Source: Octopus sinensis
Lineage: Eukaryota
Length of the DNA stretch: 64,000 nt
Direction: 5' to 3'
Assembly (NCBI RefSeq): GCF_006345805.1
Contig: NC_043000.1
Coordinates: 158,658,001 to 158,722,000, forward strand
Position 1 is the first letter of the stretch. Every line of letters begins with the position of its first letter. The translations under genes and the position numbers were made by a program. Positions 54,819 to 64,000 of this stretch are shown piece by piece. A model generated the notes under the pieces. That model was not told where the DNA came from. It did not search any database and worked only from the letters and a program-made list of their open reading frames with translations.

Positions 54819-55829
54819 GCGTATGCACTAGTGTGTGTGGCTGCATTTTCTTACCTGATTATGTTTTATCTTTTTCTGTAGTCGTCTGTGTGGGCGAAAG
54901 CATGTTTTTGTGAGATTCTTCGCTGAATGACGTTAGTAATATTAATTACTTTAAATAATTGACTTAATTAATGAGGTACCTTTTACTCAAAGGAATCCAC
55001 TGCTTCACGGCAGCATATTCTACGCCATGAATATATCTGTAGACATACATAATGTGAGTGCACATACACAAACACTCATACTTATATTTACAATTTATAT
55101 TTCTGTATACATGCACATATGTACAACATATTCTCACATATATATGTATATGTTGTACCTATTATATACGTATACGTGAATATATATATTCAGACATTCA
55201 CACTCATACTTAACTCTCCACGCACTTATGTATATGGTTTATATATACATATATATATGGAGAGAGAGAGGAACTTAGAAAAGTATAGACTTACTACATA
55301 TCTAACTTAATAGCACCATATTATAGGAGCTATTCACTCTATGATGGCCAAGTCAAGTAGGAAATTGTTGATGTAGGTCTATTCAGGTATAGTTGATTTA
55401 TTTGGTTTCCCTTGAAGAAATTTTTCCATGTGTCGTTTGAAAGCGATGGGGTCTTTTTCTTCTTTGATTCGTTTTTGCGATAACGTTAAATTGTGCTGTA
55501 GTTTATTTATGTATCGTCAGTCTGAATTGTGTAGAAAACGTGGAGTGTGTATGTATATATCTATACCTACTCCTTTTAATTGTTTAATAAATTCAATTTA
55601 GTTTTCTACTTAAGTTTGGCAAAATAAGCAAAAAATACCCAAAACAAAAGCATCCTGAAGAGTTTTTAATAAAATAGAGGTTTAGCAGGAGGGCTGCAAG
55701 ACTATTCGGTAGACTAGCGCGCCACATACCTACATCATGCAAGGGAAATCTTCCACAGACCGAGGTATCACATTCATAGTATAACAAAATATAGTACATA
55801 AATTATAATTTAGTTATCCATATAATACA

Positions 55830-56010
55830 TATGTCATGATATTCGTCCATGGATCTGTTATACGGCTGGTTGTCGCGTTGCGACATGTCTGGGCCATTCT
55901 GTGGCCACTGGTTTGGGGGTCGGTCATTGTTGAAGCGTTGACCACCACCACTAACGCCGCCGCCACCACCACCACCATGTCCCATATTCATGTCACCTCG
56001 TCGACCAGGT
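55830..56010 (-). CDS. Orphan GC-rich coding-like fragment (Gly/Asn/Gln/Pro/Arg-rich low-complexity peptide); exon or captured gene fragment, product unidentified
   Basis: PGRRGDMNMGHGGGGGGGVSGGGQRFNNDRPPNQWPQNGPDMSQRDNQPYNRSMDEY has a natural-looking composition and stands out as GC-rich in AT-rich flanks. No convincing splice-site pair. Confidence 0.4.
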
Positions 56011-57734
56011 ATTACATAGGTAATACTTAAAGCAAAATCGCCCTGCAGACCACGGCACGGTGGTTGAGAACATCTGTCGTAGATGATAAGTATATCTTGC
56101 ATGTATCTCTGCATCTTCATTTTCAGTTATCTCAGCTGTGTGAAAAACATTTAAATTACTGTTACCCAGTTTCATTTGAGAAATCGTAATTCCATCTATC
56201 ATTATATAATTTGTAACCAGTTCCATGACGATGAATTCAACACAATTAATTCAGCAGAAAATTCAGCACATTAATTCAGCACAAAATAAAATAGGTTTTA
56301 TTACGAGCAGGATTATCGTTATAAGATTCAGACGAATTATGACATTAAGAACCCGGAATAGTATTTCAAATGTGTATGAATCATAAATAGCATTGAATCG
56401 ACTTTTAAATTTGATTGGAATTCTCGAGAGCGACAACCGTGACTATGCTCAAAGACATTTTGGGTCTGTGAGTGCGAGTGTGTATGTGTATGTGTATGTG
56501 TGGAAGTAAATGCTGTGTCTGTTAGTGTGTGTGTGTGTGTGTCTTGTGTGTGTTTGTGGTGTGTGACGCCTGTGTGTGTGTGACGCCTGTGTGTGTGTGC
56601 GTATGTGCACTTTATAGATAAAAATCTTGAATCTTTGAAAATATGGTGTAAAACATAAACCGCAAAACAAAAATAAAATTCTCGAGCAAGCACAGTACAT
56701 CAATCCCCTTCTTTATTTCAGGTAAATGCGAAGAGATATAAATAAATAAAAGATTCCTCTCAGTATCCATTTTCCATAAGCCTATTCAGTCATATATAAT
56801 ATATTTGTCTAATAATCATGATAACATCATTAAAAATCATACACATCATTCTGGACCTGTCGCTACCCCATCTTTCACATCGTATCAAACAATGATATTT
56901 ACTATTCAAAACTTCGGATCATAACAATAGAAATTATATCAGCAATTTTGATCAGCAACTATATCGATGAAAGGTGGAACCACAGTAAATTCCCGCACAT
57001 TATTAAGAGATGGGCCATACAATAGATAATCTGAAAGCGTTAATATGAATATATTATTTCTTTTTAAAATGTGTATATTATACTCAGCTGAATAACATAT
57101 TTTGTTTTTACTCCTTATTCATTTTAGCATGAAATTTATAGGAAACTCACAGTCGCATTCTTTGCAAAAATACATTTTAATGCTGATTAACGAACCCCAG
57201 GAGATAAAGGTATTACAAGTATGTGCAAAATGGATACATTTTTTTTCATTCTATTAAACTTATACGTTAAAGCTCCAACATCTAATTGTTACTTGCATTA
57301 TTGCTGTTGTAAGATTTCATTGCTGAGTTGCTACTGCTTTTGCTGTTGATGATATTCTTGTGAATATTATTTTGTATTATTTTCTTTTATACATATTTAT
57401 TATGCTTCATATTTACTTCATTATCGAATTCATTGCTGTTGTTGTAAATCATGAATTATTAGAATAATAATAATACTAATTTATATTAATGAAAATAGCA
57501 ATAAGAACAGATGGAGAAGCAGCAGCAACAACAGCAAGAACAATAGCTACAACAACAACGACAACTTCAACAACAAAAATAATGTGAAGGATAATTAGAA
57601 TTATAACAGTAAAGAAAATACCATTTCCACCACCAATAGAAAAAGAATCACCAATAAAAATAGCAACATGTTAATAATGATATATTTATGTACGTATGTA
57701 CGTATGTACGTACTACTACTACTACTACTACTAC

Positions 57735-58042
<308 letters not shown>

Positions 58043-58047
<5 letters not shown>

Positions 58048-58972
58048 AGCTATAAAACAAATGAAATCCAAACTAAAAATAGAACAGCAACGAACCATGA
58101 TAAAACGATGGCAAGAAAAGCCCCTTCATGGTAAATACTGCACTAAACTAAACGCAAAAGAAATAGACGAAGAAAAATCCCAGCAATGGTTGAGAAGCTC
58201 AGGATTCAAAGCAGAAACAGAGGGATTTTTAATTGCAGCACAAGACCAAAGCCTCCCCACCAGAAATTACCAAAAACATGTAATGAAAAGAAATATTACA
58301 AGTAACTGCAGAATATGTGGAGATGGACAAGAAACAATAAATCATATTATCTCTAGCTGCCCAGTCCTGGCTAAGAAGGAATATATTCACAGACATGACA
58401 GAGTTGGAACCTACATACATTGGAAGCTATGCCAACATTATGGAATAACAACAGAAAAAAGATGGTATAGGCACACACCAGAAAAGGTCACAGAAAACGA
58501 GAAAGCAACCATACTCTGGGATATGCCGATACACACAGATAGAGAAATTAAGGCCAACAGACCAGATATAGTTGTCAGAGATCATGAAGAAAAAAATGCT
58601 TTCTAATTGATGTATCAATACCGGCAGATGACAACGTGTCTCTAAAAGAAATGGAGAAACTCTCAAAATACAAAGACCTGGAAATAGAGGTAACTAGAAT
58701 GTGGAATCTGAAAACAGAAACAATTCCTATCATAGTAGGTGCATTAGGCATGATAAAAAAATATTCAGACAAATACATAACAAAAACACCAGGACTTACA
58801 AACACATATAACATACAGAAAATTGCACTACTAGGCACTACACACATCCTACGCAGAACACTTTCCATACAATAACCATCAGAGCATCACAACAAATCAC
58901 AGCACATACCCAAGGCACACAGAGCTGCGCTCGGTAGTGAAGTGAAAGCACGCTATAAAAATAAAACTACTG
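58043..58972 (+). mobile_element. Young 5'-truncated R4/Dong-clade non-LTR retrotransposon (CCHC knuckle, REL endonuclease, 3' UTR)
   Basis: WQEKPLHGKY..LIAAQDQSLPTRNY..CRICGDGQETINHIISSC..HRHDRV..RPDIVVRD..LIDVS..KEMEKLSKYKDL..IPIIVGALG. One frameshift in an A7 run near 58590-58597; stop at 58873-58875. Confidence 0.95.
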
Positions 58973-59086
58973 AATAATAATAATAATACTATTAATGATA
59001 ATAATGATAATAATAGTAATAATAATAATAATAATAATGATAATAATAATAATGATAATAATAATAATAATGATAATGATATAATA

Positions 59087-59122
<36 letters not shown>

Positions 59123-59185
59123 TGATGATGATGATAATAATATAATAATAATAATAATAATAATAAAATAATGATAATAATAATA

Positions 59186-59246
<61 letters not shown>

Positions 59247-59250
59247 GTAA
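58973..59250. repeat. (TAA)n microsatellite, 3' flank of the Dong-like element
   Basis: Direct reading. Confidence 0.97.
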
Positions 59251-59614
59251 TAATAACAACAGCAACATACTAGCTACCAAACAATAAAGGCACAAAACAT
59301 CCAAACAACAGCCGACCAATAACATTTCTCAACACCACCTACAAGATCCTCACCGCCAAGATAGAATATACGTCTTCCTTGAACACAGGTCTATCCTTCA
59401 ACAAGCTCAAAAAGGCTGTAAAACGAATTAATATGAGTGCATAGATCAATGATTCATAAGTAAAATGATGGTAGAGAATCGCCGGGGCAAAAAGAACTTG
59501 AGTATAGTACGGATAGACTACAAGAAAGCCTTTGATATTTGTATTTCTATCTAGATGTTCTTCCACAGCTTCAAATATTACATGTCAGTCTACTTCAATT
59601 TCTTTTTGTTAAGA

Positions 59615-59880
59615 TTATATAGGACTGAGATAACTCCTCCAGAAGAGTGCCATAGTTATCATGTGCAATTGGTTCAACGATATTTCGGCATCTAGCGTGC
59701 CTTCTCTATTTCGCTATAACTTCTGCAGGAGTTACCTCAGTCCTCCTATATAACCTTAACAAAAAAGAAATTGTAGTAGACTGACACTTACTTTTTGAAC
59801 CTGTGGAAGGCACGCTAAATGCCGAAATATCGTTCAACCAATTTCACACGATAACTATGGCACTCTTCTCTATTTCGCCA
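59615..59880. repeat. Interleaved inverted repeats A-B-A'-spacer-B'
   Basis: 59615-59645 is approximately the reverse complement of 59720-59753; 59641-59704 is approximately the reverse complement of 59806-59869; TTCTCTATTTCGC recurs at both junctions. Confidence 0.85.
59795..59837 (+). ncRNA. Minimal hammerhead-like motif, variant core
   Basis: TTGAAC-CTGTGGA-A-GGCA-CGCTAAA-TGCC-GAAA-TA-TC-GTTCAA: 6-bp stem I, 4-bp stem II, palindromic ATAT stem III, AUC triplet. Confidence 0.65.
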
Positions 59881-61769
59881 TCATCATCATCATCATCATT
59901 GTCGTCATCGTCGTCATCATCATCATCGCCATTGCTATTGTTGTTGTTGTTATTAATTATTATTATTATTCGCTGGACGAAATGCTTACGTTCTGATTTC
60001 AAATTCCGCCAAGGTCGACTTTACCTTTCATCCGTTAGGGATGAAACACTGGGATTGATGCAATCATCTCATCCCCCACCTCACAATTACTGCCCGTTTG
60101 GCAAAATTTTAAACCATTGTTATCATTGTTAATGCATTTTCATTATCACGGTTTCTCTTTGCCCGTTTTTATAAAGTTCAGATGAGATCCTGTTTTTAGT
60201 GATGCAATATCTTCTGTTGAGCTCAATACTTTTTAGAGTTAAATCTTCCATGATGGATATTGGAAATAATTTCTGCTTAGTTATCCATGTTATTCTTGTC
60301 TATATTTTCTATAGGCATTGGTATACCCCAGAGTCTTGTCACATTGTAATTGCCTCATACTATTTTGACTTATGTTTATATCACCTAATATGTGTTAATT
60401 TCGTGATGAAGCCATATATGTGTCCTTCAGGACATGGATTCTCCTGTGATTAATACTGGGCAGCCAGAAACAATGTAGTTAATTTATTTGTCACACGTTT
60501 CATTTATTTTAAAGTTACGTAATCTTATTTTCATCCATAACATTCGTTTGCAATGAAGCGACATAATGAACCGAATACAAGATCCTTCTATCTCGAATTT
60601 CCACCCGACTCCCAGTCTGTGTTGCAATTTTACTCTATTCAGCATTTTTGCATGCTTTACTGATGCACGTGCATCTATTCCCATCGTTTCAGCAAGCTAC
60701 TTCGTAACCCTATTGTTAGCCATTTTAATGATTTCTATTTCTTTTGTTTCTCGTTTCTCATCCCAATTCGCTAACTATTGCGTTTTGTAGGATTTGATAT
60801 TCTGATTGACAGAAAACAGATATATTTATTTTTAGTTATTCTATAGCTATATGCAAAATTTTCAAATGTTCGTCACTAGAAATGGTTGTATTCCTATAGT
60901 ACATATTTTATAAGTGTTCCCTAACTAGATATAAATTTAATATTTTTATATCATATACAGGTGGTAACTCCTAAAGCCTACCTTTATATTCTTTGCTCTT
61001 TTTTCTGTCTACTCTGGCTAATTCCTCAGCCTCATGTTGATAATGTCTTAACTAATTCCTATTTTGGGGACAATCGGTGTATATTTTGTATATATCTGCC
61101 TTAAGTATTTATATGTTGTGCACATTATATCCCTTGCTAATTATTGCCATCATCCAATTCCAGCCTGATTTATTCTATCGGTTGAAGCTTTTAGCTATAA
61201 GTAAGAAGGAAAGGGAAAAAGGAAGTTCGATGAAAATTTTGTCTCCTACAAAAACGGAAAAGGGAGAATTATGTTATACAATTCACTATCTTTTCCTTAT
61301 TTACTGAATTAGTTGCCATTTATTCATCGTACAATCATACCCATAGTAATGTTCATAGTTGACAAGGGATGTACGATAATGCCTAACAATGCTTACAGTT
61401 CTGACTATTGATATATTCTGGAATTTACATATGTTTATCAACATAAATAAAACTCATTCATCAATGTGTTTACTGAAGTTTTTGACTGCCATTTACTTAA
61501 ATGATAGTCAACAACTTATGGTAGTTATAAATGTAATGGTGACACCATTCCATAAATGTTTCTTTTTTTTTTCCTTTTTTAACATCTAGTTTATTATAAT
61601 CAATGAATGCCGTGAAACCTTTCCTTTCAATGCGTTGAAATTGGCGTATTTAATTTAGGTTTGATACATTATTATGCGTAAGAGTTTAATTTGTTCGATG
61701 TTTTGCAAGTACACGACACAACCTGTTTACACGGTTTCAGAAAACCACCAACATTTATTTATTTTACAG

Positions 61770-61808
61770 GAATGTTGAAGGTACTTTTCAGTACATTGAT
61801 TGTTTATG
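61770..61808 (+). CDS. Candidate isolated 39-nt exon
   Basis: Acceptor TTTATTTATTTTACAG at 61754-61769 and consensus donor ATG|GTGAGT. Two open phases: MLKVLFSTLIVY (signal-peptide-like) or NVEGTFQYIDCL. No partner exon found. Confidence 0.3.
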
Positions 61809-62149
61809 GTGAGTTCATGTATCGCGAATACTGTTTCTCTTTCTTATTCAATCGGATTTGTTAATTCAGATCAGAGGAAATTGTTATCTCTCTCATTATA
61901 TGTGACCTCACTGTCGCTGCTGTATTATCTATGTAAACCCATGCTTTATTGCAGTTCATTGCGGTTGATATCTCTGTCGTCATTATGTCCACTTTTGCTG
62001 CTGTTTTATGTTCAGACTTCAGCTATTCTAAGTCTAAACGAATTACCTGAAAGTTGTGCTGCGAAAATAATTGATTTACAACCCTTTTATTATAATCATG
62101 CTATTCTTCGTGGAATTGCAGCCGTAGTGAAAGCATCAATAACTGCCTT

Positions 62150-63300
62150 CTTACATTGCACTCTGATGCCTAAGTAGCCATGGATTATCATTTTCTTTTC
62201 TCTATGATTGTACAGTCGTTGGGTGTCACAAGTAGTAGGAAGTATGCGGTGTTTCGGGTGTATAGTTCTCATATTACAGACTACAGGTCTTATTCTCTAC
62301 AGGCAAGACAAAATTTGTTGATGGTAATATATTATTCTTGCTAATGAGATGAGTTTTAAATTTGATCTTTCCAACAAAAGTCTTCATAATTCATCGTTAT
62401 TTTGATAACTTCCATGGATGCATATTAGAACGCATAAACGTCCAGCCACTGTATTATCGTCTTGACTTTGAATTCCAAATTTCTTGCTGAAATGATCCTT
62501 TGATCTCGATTTCTGTTCTGTTTTTATTGTTCTAATCTAAAGAACCTCTTTATGTTCAAACTAAAGTGTTCGATCATTCGGAGCAAATTCACAAACAGAA
62601 TATCTCAGAAACATACTTTTAGCTTCTATTTTAACAAACAAGCATCATTTGAAATTGCGGTTACAATATCCCATTAGATATCTCAATTAAGTCTAGTACT
62701 ACTTGTTCTTCAGTACTACACATTTCTATAGTACTACTCATTCTGCCAGCTTTTAGCGAAATGCCAGCATCCTCATTAATTAAACAAGATTACCACGCTT
62801 TGATAAGACAATTACCTAAGACAATGAAAATGATTTCCTTGTAATTAATCTCGGTGAATGAAATAATATTTTGGAATATATTTTTATTATCTATTACCAA
62901 TATTTAGATAAAGAGCTGGTTCGCTGTTTCGTCCATGGTATAGGAAATTGTTTTTGGTAAATGTTCAGGTATCGTTTGTGACACTATTTTGGAAAATAGT
63001 TTGTAAGCTACCTACAGACAACCGATGACGTTTGAGGTAGATGAAATATTTCATTTTGTTTTATCGTTAAAGTTTACTGAAGAGGAAGGGCGCTACATAT
63101 CTAAAATCAATGAACATTTCCACTTACAATTTTTAACAAGTTCTCGTCAAGTGAATGCAGCGGATAGTGTTTGGCTTGGGGCAATAGATGCAGCAATGTA
63201 TGCATGCCTAATGAATGAAGAAATATGAGTGCATTTAGAGTGCCTCAGTGCAAGGGATGTAATGAGTAGAGACCACTATAGTTATGATAGCAAAAAAGAG
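62150..63300 (-). mobile_element. Probable hAT (Buster/SPIN-like) transposase fossil
   Basis: Degenerate motifs in hAT order: IAPSQTLSAAFT*RELVKNC, ISYTMDETANQLFI*I (FSLALDESTD..QL.I-like), DIVTAISNDA (I.TDGA-like), CVLICIHG, NMRTIHPKHR. Confidence 0.4.
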
Positions 63301-64000
63301 GGAATAGGCAGGCTATGTATTTCGGTTTAGTGTGTATTTTTTAGTGATTTCCTGATAGTCAGTAGACACGCCTTGAAATGTGTAACAGCAGCAACATTTG
63401 GGTGCACTGCTCAATTATCGCTTTCACTGAAGGTTCGTAGACGACTTGTAGCAGATGGAAACTGAATTTTTTCTGTTTCTGAAAGAATATATCAGTTTTT
63501 GAAATGCAGTCTTTTAAGGAATTTTAAGTAATTAAAGTCTGTTAAGAAATTAAATTACGCACGAGCGACTCAGAGTCAGGGAGATCTATTATTTGAAGTG
63601 ATAAAGAGTGTTTCAAGAGTATCTTGCATATGCTTAATGGCATTAAAGTGTAACAGTGGACAATTGAAATAATCAGTATCTTATTTTGTTTTATTTTATT
63701 GCTGTTGAGGGAGATTGATATGATGTTATTTTAGTATATTTCTAAGTTCACTCTTTATTGACACAGAACACGTTTGGTCTGCAGTGACTAGAATATACGT
63801 GGATAATATTCGGGTGCGATAGTTAAAGGAGATATGAACGATGATTTTGTCTACATATGAGAAAACGCTATCGTGGGAAACATTCAAATATATTGTTCAT
63901 ATATGTTTGCGACGGCTTCATGTACTTTGGTCATTTTTGCGGGTCATTAAATGTAGATAATTTTGAGAAGACCGATTGATTCTAATCTTATACATTTTAA

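Overview
AT-rich eukaryotic DNA saturated with microsatellites and repeats. The tRNA-derived SINE families and dense (TA)n/(CA)n/(GATA)n arrays point to an octopod cephalopod genome (inference), probably an intergenic or deep-intronic stretch. No host gene could be assembled, and nearly every ORF in the supplied track is microsatellite-derived or spurious. Recognisable content: about 12 SINE copies of at least 4 families; decayed Helitrons plus one complete non-autonomous Helitron; two mariner remnants; a probable hAT fossil; old CR1/L2- and RTE-type LINE fossils; two R4/Dong-clade (restriction-like endonuclease) retrotransposon fragments, the younger one embedded in (TAA)n; and two Penelope-like (PLE) GIY-YIG remnants. 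The most striking signal, not visible in the ORF track, is a set of type-I hammerhead-ribozyme motifs, identified by hand folding. These are a canonical one inside a 553-bp partial tandem repeat (52.8 kb, minus), a near-perfect 131-bp-arm palindrome carrying one intact-looking hammerhead on each strand (53.8-54.1 kb), a second older palindrome whose hammerheads have a U3-A8 compensatory core (15.7-16.0 kb), and a recurrent minimal variant with core CUGUNGA plus an extra A in two unrelated sequence contexts. None of these has been tested for cleavage. Several template-switch-like local inversions and a foldback-like element that appears inserted into a Helitron helicase are also present.
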